Assembly (NCBI GenBank): GCA_965203055.1
Contig: OZ241863.1
Coordinates: 160,001 to 224,000 of the forward strand
Source of the DNA: Spirochaetia bacterium
GTDB lineage: Bacteria; Spirochaetota; Spirochaetia; SZUA-6; Bin103
DNA length: 64,000 nt
Direction: 5' to 3'
The position numbers and the translations under genes are program-made. A model generated the notes under the pieces. It did not search any database. It saw nothing but the letters and a program-made list of their open reading frames with translations, and was not told the DNA's origin. Positions 31,358 to 39,453 of this stretch are shown piece by piece; position 1 is the stretch's first letter, and each line of letters opens with the position of its first letter.

Positions 31358-34300
31358 GAGGGCTGCACGAGATACGGTTCCTCGTTCGGCGGCAGCGAGA
31401 TCGCGGCCGTCTCCGCGAACGCGGCGATGCGGGCGACCAAGCGGCCGTTCTGGGTGACCTCGAGCGGCGCTCCGAACCAGTCCGCCGGCCGCCTGAAGCG
31501 CAACGTCAGCGGCTGGTCGAACCGGTCATTGTCCAGGCCGTCGGCCAGCACGAACGCTATCCGGCGCGTCACTCCGTCCCGTTCGATCACCTGCAGGGCG
31601 GCCTCGGCGCGCTCCCGTTCCCGCAGGTAGAGCACGACGTCGTTCATCGGGGCGACCCAGAAATCGCGGGCGGCGATGGCGCGCACGTCCCCCTCGAAGT
31701 CTTCCCATTCGTAGAATCCCCAGCCCGCGCTGCCGATGTTGTGGTACACGGGTATGATCCATGCCGTCCTGGCGAGCGCCTGATCCAGGACCGGAACGAG
31801 CTCTGAAGTGTCGTTGATGCACCACTCGCACTCCCGGAAGCGGATGCTTTCCATGGTCAGGCCGGGCAGGAAGAACCAGTTTTCGGGGGTGGTGGCGGCG
31901 TCGGGGACGATGTACGGGGTCTGACCCATCGCCGGAAACGAGAGCCGGCCGGCCAGAAAGCCGGCGTCGGCCAGCGCCTGTTGGGTTTCCGCTTCGCCGC
32001 CGGCCCCGCGCGGATAGGCGTAGGCCACCGGCTCCAGCCCCAGGTCCTCCATCACCTCGAAGCAGAGCCGGAACGAATCGTAGGCCTGAGCGTAGGTGAG
32101 GGCGTCGTGATCGACGTGCCAGTGCCCGTGTCCGAAGAAGCCGAACCCGTGGGCGGTGAGCGACAGGCTGTGCTCGATCGCGGCGTCGGTCATCGGTCGG
32201 TACAGGTCGCCGGGAACGACGTCCGGGACCAGCTCGGTCAAGTCGTGCTCGACCCAATCGGGCACCTGGTCGAGGTAACGCTGGGTGACTATCTCGTAGT
32301 CCAGCACCAGCCCCTCATCCAGTACCAGCTTGTCGATCCGGTTGGGCGCCCTGGACACGCCGTCATAGGTGATGGAGATCGCCGCGGCATGGTCGTCGAA
32401 CCACTTCGCGATGGTGAGTTCGGGAGGCGCGGGAGGCGGCCGGCTGGCGGTGAACTCCGCGGCCCACAGCGGCTCGCCGCCGGCGGCGGCCTGCTGGCCG
32501 GTGCGGATGCCGGCGATTTCATAGGCGGGAAGCGGAACCACGGCCCGGCACCTTCCGTCGGCCGCCACGCCGTAGTCGCGGAAGTCGAACTCCAGATGGT
32601 CGAAGCCCTCGGCCGCGGCCGGGCGGAGGCGCAGGAAGAACTGCGCCCGGACATCTTCGGCGGCGCACGGCTCCTTGAGGTAGACCAGCGTGTTTCCGCG
32701 CCAGTGGACGGCGAAGTCGCGGCGCGCCCGCGGTTCGGTCAGCGTTACGTTCCAGAGTTGCCCGTCGCGCGGCGTAAACTGGCCGGTCGCAAGGTAGGCG
32801 ATGCGGTAGTCGGGAAGATCGCGGATCGCCACGCAGCGACCGCGGTAGTGGAACCCGTGGCGGTCGAAGTCGAAGTCCAGGTTGTGAAACGCCCACGAGT
32901 GTAAGGGGAGATCGTTGTGGTTGACCGGGTGGACGTGGAGGAAGAACCGCGCCGCGGCGTCAGCGTCCCCACACCCGCTCTTGAAGTAGATCAGCCGGTT
33001 GGCGGCGGCGTCCAGGTAGACCGTGAACCCGGATTGAACGCCGATGCCGGCATCCTGCAGCAGGGGGCGCATGAAGCCGTCCGCTTCCGGCGTCCCGTCC
33101 GGCGCCCCGCTTCGCAGGATGACGCCGTCGTCCACGGCGGCCGCGACCTCCATTCCCGGCGTTCGTATCAATGTCTCCAGGTCGTAGCCGTGCCGTCCCG
33201 AGTCCTGGTAGAACCAGACGACGTAGTGCTCCCGGCCGGCGGCTCCTTCTGCGGCAAGCCGAGCCCGCGTCGGGGAGAGCTCCCGCGGAAGCTGATGCGG
33301 ACCGGTATCCGCCGCCGTCGTCAGCAGGTAGAGCGCGGCGCCGTCGGTGCCGAGGAGCGGGGCCGCGGGCGTGCCGCCGGCGGCGTTCAGGTAGCGCATT
33401 ACGGCGGACTCCGACCAGCGCCGCGAGGCGTAGCCGCCGCCGTTCGCGAGCCACTGGTTCACGTGTTCGGTAGTCGCTCCCACCTGCGGCGCGAACCATG
33501 TCGAGAACAGCAGCGCGGCGGCGAGCCGCCGCCTCACCAGCCCGCGCCGCTCCGGCCGAAGGGCGGCGATCAACCGGTCCAGGACGACCGCTGCCGTAAC
33601 CAGCAACGGCGGGAACAGCGGCGCCAGGTGCCTGAGCTCCAGCGCGGCGTCGGCGGCGGGAAGGGCTAGCAGCAGATACAGCGCGTACGCCGCCGCGAAC
33701 ACGAGGGCCATGGCCGCGGCGTGAGGTGCCGGCAGGAGTTGGGAACGGGCCCGCGCGAGCAGGTACCCGGCGCCGGCCGCCGGTACCAGCAGAACCGCAA
33801 TCCGCAACCCGAGCACGGCCGCGCGGGGATATCCCGCGGCGCCGGCGCCCGCGATTCCCCGGGCCAGCCGGTCCAGCAGGCCGAGCCCGGCGCCTCCGAT
33901 GAGCCAGCGGACGAGTTCGCTGGTGGCGGTGTGGAGACTCGGCAGCGGCAGGAATCCGCCGGAACCGGCCGTTGCCAGTGACGCGCCGCTCACCACGACG
34001 CTGCTCACCAGCCATGCCCCGACCGGCGCCGCCGCTACGCCGCTCCAGACCGCGGCGTGCGCCAGCCGGCTCCGCACCGCGGCGGTTCTCGGCAGCAGCA
34101 GGAGCAGCGCCCCGCTGCCGATCAGCGCCACCCCGGCGTAGTGCGTCAGGCAAGCGGCGGCCGCCGCCGCCGCCGCCAGGAGGAGCGACGACCGCCGTCC
34201 GGTGCGCAGAAAGCGGTCCAGCGTGGCCAGCGCCGCGACGGCGAACAGGATGAACGGGATCTCGGGCCATGCGTACACCGCGACGTCGACCAGCGAGGTC

Positions 34301-36171
34301 GACAGGACGCAGGCGCAGGCCGCCCAGACGGCCAGCAGCCGGGATCGGACGCGGCTGCGCACCCATGTGGCCACGGCGTATACCGTCAGACCGAAGGCGG
34401 CGGCATTGACGTATCCCGCCGCCGTGACCGCGTCCGCTCCGAACAGGCCGGCGCCCGCCAGGGTCAGCGGGAAGAGCGGCGCCGCGACTCGATACGAGGC
34501 GCCCAGAAAGGTGACCAGCCCGTTGCCGTCCAGCAGGTTGCGCGCGACCGACACGTACAACGCCGAGTCGGCCGTCAGCCCCGGCCCGTAGGCGGCCTCC
34601 CGCAGCAGCACCAGCAGCGCGCCGACCCCGCCGAGCGCCGCCAGCAACATCGGCAACCCGTCCAGCCGGGCTGCCCGGCGAACGGCGCCGCTGCGCGCCA
34701 GAGCGCGCCGGGCGGCGTTCGCGGCGTTCGCGGCGCGGCTGCGCGCCAGAGCGCGCCGGGCGGCGTTCGCGGCGTTCGCGGCGCGCCGGGCCAAGCCGGT
34801 CTCCAGGACGGCCGCGAGCGCGGCGCACAGCGGCAGCGCGTACGGCACGAACAGGTATCGCCCGCGGCGGTAGATCAGGTCGTCGGGCACCAGCAGCTGC
34901 ACGGAGGCAAGCGCCATGAGCGCCGCGATCCACCCCATGGCGCGCAGCGGCGCCGGGCGGCCGCTGCGCGCCTGCAGGGCCGCGGCCCAGGCGGCCGCGG
35001 CGCACGCCAGGGCCGCGGCCCCGGTCAGGATACTGCCGGCCGGCGCGCTTCCCAACCCGACCTGCCAGTACGGCTCGAGAACGCCTGCGGTATCAAGGAG
35101 TCGATCACGAGTCTGCCGGCCGACGGTCAGGTCCAGGACGAAGAGCCACCTGCTGGTCAAGATCCGCCACGTCAGTCCATCCTGCGGTGCCCCTTCGCAC
35201 GCTGCCCGCCACGCGAACCAGTCGGGAACGAGACACGCCTCGAGCGCCATCTTGGCCGCCTGACCCAAGGCGTACGCGGCTGCGAATCCGGCGACGCAGA
35301 GCCCGATGCACCCGCCGGCGAGCCGCGCCCTGCGGGCCGGTTCGCCTTGGTGGCCGTACCCGAAGTAGACCAGCATGCCGATGAGCGTGAACAGCGGGAT
35401 GGTGATCGCGTCGCCCAGCGACAGGTAGGCCGCCACCATGCCGGCGGCGAAGCAGACCAGCCGCGTCAGCCGCAGGCGCGTCTCCGGCGGGATCCCCGCC
35501 GGCAGCCGCGCGCGCATGACGACGACCAGCGCGACGGCCGCCCAGACCGTCCAAGCGTACGGCATGCCGTTGGGTGCGCCGGAGAACCAGCGGATGCCGG
35601 AGAACAGGCCGCCGAAGAGGATCAGCGGCGCCAGGATGACCAGCGTGCGGGGCGCGAGCAGCAGCAGCGCGGCCGCCAGCGCGATCCAACCGGCGTACGC
35701 GGCATACCGTATCAGCATGCGGATGTCTCGCACGGAAAAGGTGCGCAGCAAGATGGCATAGAGCGCCTTGCTTCCCCACCAGTATTGCGGCGATGAGAAT
35801 TCCTCGTCGACGCGCATCCCGTTTACGGCGTCCGCCAGCTCGTCGCAGTAATCGTAGTAGTAGCCGGTTCCCGGCACCAGCACCTTCGGCAGCACCGCGT
35901 CAAGCAGAGCGTTGCCGCCGGTCTCCTGCGGCAGGAACGCCCCGGCCAGGACCATCGCCGACAGCTTGCAGTGCTCGAACGGAGTCTTGAATCCCGCGGC
36001 GATGCCCGCGTCGGGCCGTTCCGCCTCGAAATCCGCCGCGAACCGCTGCGCCGCGGTGCGGTAGTGAATCTGATTGCCGAGGTGGTGCAGGAATATGAAC
36101 AGCGCGGTGCCGGCCAGCGCGGCCGCGGCGTAGACCGCGACCGCCCGCAGGCGCCGCCGCCGGGGGGGCAT
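31354..36171 (-). CDS. Large (~1600 aa) fusion: N-terminal polytopic membrane module + GT-C module + two copies of the unnamed soluble domain + polysaccharide deacetylase-like domain (start 36171 or 36213)
   Basis: QYWWG membrane module; GPGLTADSALYVSVARNLLDGNG; 2x RFFL/LDFDF/IRTGQ-type domain; AISITYDG, GHGHWH, AYAYPRG, WIIPVYH, FWVAP. Confidence 0.75.
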   Translation of the reverse strand: MPPRRRRLRAVAVYAAAALAGTALFIFLHHLGNQIHYRTAAQRFAADFEAERPDAGIAAGFKTPFEHCKLSAMVLAGAFLPQETGGNALLDAVLPKVLVPGTGYYYDYCDELADAVNGMRVDEEFSSPQYWWGSKALYAILLRTFSVRDIRMLIRYAAYAGWIALAAALLLLAPRTLVILAPLILFGGLFSGIRWFSGAPNGMPYAWTVWAAVALVVVMRARLPAGIPPETRLRLTRLVCFAAGMVAAYLSLGDAITIPLFTLIGMLVYFGYGHQGEPARRARLAGGCIGLCVAGFAAAYALGQAAKMALEACLVPDWFAWRAACEGAPQDGLTWRILTSRWLFVLDLTVGRQTRDRLLDTAGVLEPYWQVGLGSAPAGSILTGAAALACAAAAWAAALQARSGRPAPLRAMGWIAALMALASVQLLVPDDLIYRRGRYLFVPYALPLCAALAAVLETGLARRAANAANAARRALARSRAANAANAARRALARSGAVRRAARLDGLPMLLAALGGVGALLVLLREAAYGPGLTADSALYVSVARNLLDGNGLVTFLGASYRVAAPLFPLTLAGAGLFGADAVTAAGYVNAAAFGLTVYAVATWVRSRVRSRLLAVWAACACVLSTSLVDVAVYAWPEIPFILFAVAALATLDRFLRTGRRSSLLLAAAAAAAACLTHYAGVALIGSGALLLLLPRTAAVRSRLAHAAVWSGVAAAPVGAWLVSSVVVSGASLATAGSGGFLPLPSLHTATSELVRWLIGGAGLGLLDRLARGIAGAGAAGYPRAAVLGLRIAVLLVPAAGAGYLLARARSQLLPAPHAAAMALVFAAAYALYLLLALPAADAALELRHLAPLFPPLLVTAAVVLDRLIAALRPERRGLVRRRLAAALLFSTWFAPQVGATTEHVNQWLANGGGYASRRWSESAVMRYLNAAGGTPAAPLLGTDGAALYLLTTAADTGPHQLPRELSPTRARLAAEGAAGREHYVVWFYQDSGRHGYDLETLIRTPGMEVAAAVDDGVILRSGAPDGTPEADGFMRPLLQDAGIGVQSGFTVYLDAAANRLIYFKSGCGDADAAARFFLHVHPVNHNDLPLHSWAFHNLDFDFDRHGFHYRGRCVAIRDLPDYRIAYLATGQFTPRDGQLWNVTLTEPRARRDFAVHWRGNTLVYLKEPCAAEDVRAQFFLRLRPAAAEGFDHLEFDFRDYGVAADGRCRAVVPLPAYEIAGIRTGQQAAAGGEPLWAAEFTASRPPPAPPELTIAKWFDDHAAAISITYDGVSRAPNRIDKLVLDEGLVLDYEIVTQRYLDQVPDWVEHDLTELVPDVVPGDLYRPMTDAAIEHSLSLTAHGFGFFGHGHWHVDHDALTYAQAYDSFRLCFEVMEDLGLEPVAYAYPRGAGGEAETQQALADAGFLAGRLSFPAMGQTPYIVPDAATTPENWFFLPGLTMESIRFRECEWCINDTSELVPVLDQALARTAWIIPVYHNIGSAGWGFYEWEDFEGDVRAIAARDFWVAPMNDVVLYLRERERAEAALQVIERDGVTRRIAFVLADGLDNDRFDQPLTLRFRRPADWFGAPLEVTQNGRLVARIAAFAETAAISLPPNEEPYLVQPS
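34690..34785. repeat. Perfect 48-bp x2 in-frame tandem duplication
   Basis: GCTGCGCGCCAGAGCGCGCCGGGCGGCGTTCGCGGCGTTCGCGGCGCG twice; encodes RAANAANAARRALARS x2. Confidence 0.92.
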
Positions 36172-36306
36172 CCCAGCCTCGGCCGCCGCCGCCCCGGTCA
36201 CGCCGCCGGCCACGCGGCGGCCGCGCCGCGCCGGCCGGCGCGGCCGGTTGCATCGAGCGCGGCTCGTTTGTACTCTGCCGGTCCTGTCCCCCGCAGCGAA
36301 CCCGGC

Positions 36307-37479
36307 ATGTCCGATACGTCACACCCAGCGCGCGCGCAGTACAACCTGACGATCCTGATTCTATGCCGCAACGAGGAGGGAGCTATCGCCCACTGCGTCG
36401 GCGAAGCGCGCGGATTCCTGGAACGAAACGCCATCGACGGCGAGGTCGTGGTGGTGGACAACGGCAGCCGCGACCGCTCGGCGGAGCTGGCCGGAGAGGC
36501 CGGCGCACGCGTGGTGGCAGAACCTAGCGCCGGTTACGGCAACGCCATCAACGCCGGCATCGAAGCCGCTCGCGGGCAGTTCATCATCTTGGGAGACGGC
36601 GACGGCGAACATGATCTGGGAGCGCTGGAAGCATACTACGAAAAGCTGCGCGGCGGCTACGACTTCGTGTTCGGGAACCGGTTCGCGCAAGGCGTCCACG
36701 CCTCGGGCCGGCTGCGCAACGCCGGCACCGCGGTGTTGTCCGGCGTCGGCAAGCTGCTGTTCCGATCACCGGTCAGCGACTTCAACTGCGGCCTGCGGGG
36801 GTTCAAGGCGTCCAGCGCCCGTTCCCTCGGGCTGCGCTGCTCCGGGATGGAGGCCGCCAGCGAGATGATCGTCAAGGCGGTGCAGGCGGACATGCGCATC
36901 GCCGAAGTGCCGGTGGTGCAGCGCAGCGCGCTCGATCCGGAGCGCGCCTCGCACCTGCGGGTGTGGAGCGACGGCTGGCGTCATCTGCGGCTCCTGTTGA
37001 TGCTGTCGCCGCGCTGGCTGTACCTCTATCCGGGGTGTCTGCTGCTGGCGGCCGGAGCGCTGGCGATACTCGTCCCCATTCTGGACCCCGTCGAAGCGGG
37101 CGGCGACTACGGATCGCACACCATGCTGTTCGGTTCCGCCTTCGTGGTGTGCGGCGTCCAGCTCGTCATCTTCTCGCTGCTGGCACACCTCTTCTGCGAG
37201 AACATCGGCCTGGCGGCCGGGCGCTGGTCGGCGCGCCTGAGAAGTGGCCGCGTCCTCGACGGCAGCCTGGCGGCCGGCCTGCTGATGGTGCTGCTCGGAG
37301 CGGCGGGAAGCATCTGGAGCCTGTACGTATGGGCGAGGACCAGTGGGCCGGACCTCGAGACGCGGATGCGAGTCGCGATTTCCTCCGTTACCGTGCTGAT
37401 CTGCGGCGTGCAACTGATCTTCTCGGCGTTCTTCTTCGCGCTGCTGGCAACCCAGGGGACCATGCGCGACCGGAGCTAG
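36307..37479 (+). CDS. DPM1-like GT2 (polyprenol-phosphate glycosyltransferase) with C-terminal TM helices
   Basis: CRNEE, VVDNGSRDRS, GYGNA, GDGDGEH, FGNRF, SDFNCGLRGF, GMEAASEM, SHLRVWSDGWRHLR. Confidence 0.88.
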   Translation: MSDTSHPARAQYNLTILILCRNEEGAIAHCVGEARGFLERNAIDGEVVVVDNGSRDRSAELAGEAGARVVAEPSAGYGNAINAGIEAARGQFIILGDGDGEHDLGALEAYYEKLRGGYDFVFGNRFAQGVHASGRLRNAGTAVLSGVGKLLFRSPVSDFNCGLRGFKASSARSLGLRCSGMEAASEMIVKAVQADMRIAEVPVVQRSALDPERASHLRVWSDGWRHLRLLLMLSPRWLYLYPGCLLLAAGALAILVPILDPVEAGGDYGSHTMLFGSAFVVCGVQLVIFSLLAHLFCENIGLAAGRWSARLRSGRVLDGSLAAGLLMVLLGAAGSIWSLYVWARTSGPDLETRMRVAISSVTVLICGVQLIFSAFFFALLATQGTMRDRS

Positions 37480-37504
37480 CGACCGCCGGGTCACCCCGCG
37501 CTTG

Positions 37505-38494
37505 TCACTTTTCCGGCTGCGCCTGCGCGCGCGGCGTCGCCATGATCTCGCGCGGCTCACCCGGTCCGGCGGCGTTGCGGGCTCGCACCTGGATCCGGTA
37601 GAGCACGCCGTTGGACAGGCCGGGCAGCGTCTGGCTGGTGGTCAGGTAGGTGCTGTCGGCGACGGTTCTCCAGCTCCGCCAGTCGGCGTCGCCGGGGCCG
37701 CGCAGCCGGAACTCGTAGGCGGTGATGCCGGCGTCGCCCGGATCCTCCCAGGCGAGGTCGATGCGGTGGTCGCCGGCCAGCGCCGTCAGACCGGCCGGCG
37801 CCGCGGGGGGCGCGCCGGTAGGCGCCGGCGGGCGCGGCGTCGCCGAGGTACCGCTCGGCGGGCTGGCGCCGGCGGCGTTGCGGGCGCGTACCTGGATCTG
37901 ATAGAGCGCGCCGTTGGACAGGCCGCGCCGCAGCGTGTGCCTGGTCGTCGCGTGCGTACTGCCGGGGACGGCTTGCCAGCGTGGCCAGTCGGATTCGCCC
38001 GCGCGGCGAAACCGGAACTCGTAGGAGGCGATGCCGGCGTCACCGGGATCGTTCCAGCCGATGCTGATGCTGCCGTCGCCCGCCCGCGCCGTCAAACCGG
38101 CCGGCGCGGCCGGCGCCAGCGGGCGCGGCGTCGCCGAGGTCGGGCTCGGCTCACCCGGTCCGGCGGCGTTGAGGGCGCGCACCTGGATCTGATAGAGCAC
38201 GCCGGCAGTCAAGTTTGGCAGCGTATGGCTGGTCGTGCCGTGCGAGCTGTTGGCGAGCGGTCTCCAGGGCCGCCATTCGGCGTCGCCGGGGGCGCGCAAC
38301 CGCACCTCGTAGGAGGCGATGTCGGCGTCGCGCGGGTCGTCCCAGCGGAGGTTGATGCTGCGGTCTCCGGGCAGCGCCATCAAACCGGCCGGCGCGGCGG
38401 GCGGCATGCTCGGTTGCGGCAGTTCCGTAGCGCAGCTTGCCAGCGCAATCACTACTCCGAACGCACTCAGGCGCTTGCTCATTCCGCTTGTCAC
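37505..38494 (-). CDS. Lipoprotein with three fibronectin type III repeats
   Basis: Lipobox LASC; 3x PAAPAGL..GD.SI.L.W.DP..Y..R..W..W..L.NG.LY.IQVRA.NAAG. Confidence 0.85.
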   Translation of the reverse strand: MTSGMSKRLSAFGVVIALASCATELPQPSMPPAAPAGLMALPGDRSINLRWDDPRDADIASYEVRLRAPGDAEWRPWRPLANSSHGTTSHTLPNLTAGVLYQIQVRALNAAGPGEPSPTSATPRPLAPAAPAGLTARAGDGSISIGWNDPGDAGIASYEFRFRRAGESDWPRWQAVPGSTHATTRHTLRRGLSNGALYQIQVRARNAAGASPPSGTSATPRPPAPTGAPPAAPAGLTALAGDHRIDLAWEDPGDAGITAYEFRLRGPGDADWRSWRTVADSTYLTTSQTLPGLSNGVLYRIQVRARNAAGPGEPREIMATPRAQAQPEK

Positions 38495-39438
38495 AGGATT
38501 CCCTCCGTGTTCCTCTGGCGCAGATAATGTACGGTGCGGGCGACTCCTTCGGCGAGCGCGACCGCGGGCCGCCAGCCGAGCAGGTCGGCGGCCCGCGATA
38601 CGTCGAGCCAGCTCTCGCGCACTTCACCGGGCCGCGCCGGTCCGGCGGCCGCTGTGAGGTCGGAGCCGCACGCGGAGCGAATCAATCGAAACAGGTCGCC
38701 CGTGTGGACCGGGTTCCCCCCCGAGATGTTGAACGGCCCGGCGGCGCTGCTCTCCAGGGCGCGCAAGTTGGCCTGCGCTACGTCATCCACGTGCACGTAG
38801 TCGCGGGTCATCCCCGCGGGCTGATCGGGGAAGGCATAGATGGTCGGCCGTTCACCGCGCAGCAGCTTCTCGCTGAAGATGGCGACTACGCCGGCCTCGC
38901 CGTGTGGATCCTGGCGCGCGCCGTACACGTTGCCGTAGCGCAGCGCGACCGAATCGAGACCATGCTCCCGCCGGTAGAACTCCAGGTAGCGCTCGCCGGT
39001 CATCTTGTGGATGCCATAGAGAGACCGCGGCCGCAACGGCGCGTCCTCGGGAGTCGGCCGCGCCGCGGCGTCGCCGTAGACGGCGCCGCCGCTGGAGGAG
39101 AACAGGAAGCGGCCGACCTCGTGCTCCACGCAGCTTTGCAGGGTGGCGAGCAATCCCAGGCAATTTACGCGGGCGTCGAGCTGCGGATCGCGCGCCGAGA
39201 CGGCGATGCTCGTCTGGGCAGCGTGATGGCTGACCAGGTGCGGACGCTCCTTGGCGAGGATCGCGGAAAACTCCGGGCCGCCGGCGTCCGCTACGTGGAG
39301 CCGGGCGCCGCGCGGCACCTGTTCCGCTCGTCCGCTGCGCAAGTTGTCCACGACCGCCACTTCGTGGCCGGCGGCGAGGAAGAGCTCCGCCACGTGCGAG
39401 CCGATGAAGCCGGCCCCGCCGGTAATCAGAGTCTTCAT
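38491..39438 (-). CDS. NAD-dependent epimerase/dehydratase (UDP-glucose 4-epimerase-like)
   Basis: TGGAGFIGSH, HHAAQ, SSGGAVYG, YGIHK, LRYGNVYG, TRDYVHVDD. Confidence 0.9.
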   Translation of the reverse strand: MKTLITGGAGFIGSHVAELFLAAGHEVAVVDNLRSGRAEQVPRGARLHVADAGGPEFSAILAKERPHLVSHHAAQTSIAVSARDPQLDARVNCLGLLATLQSCVEHEVGRFLFSSSGGAVYGDAAARPTPEDAPLRPRSLYGIHKMTGERYLEFYRREHGLDSVALRYGNVYGARQDPHGEAGVVAIFSEKLLRGERPTIYAFPDQPAGMTRDYVHVDDVAQANLRALESSAAGPFNISGGNPVHTGDLFRLIRSACGSDLTAAAGPARPGEVRESWLDVSRAADLLGWRPAVALAEGVARTVHYLRQRNTEGIL

Positions 39439-39453
39439 TCGCTGCCGCCCGCC

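Noticed and set aside
36162..36168. G7 run just after the probable start of the 1600-aa gene as a phase-variation switch
   Set aside because: Short; similar 6-7 nt runs occur in housekeeping genes here (e.g. pyrK)
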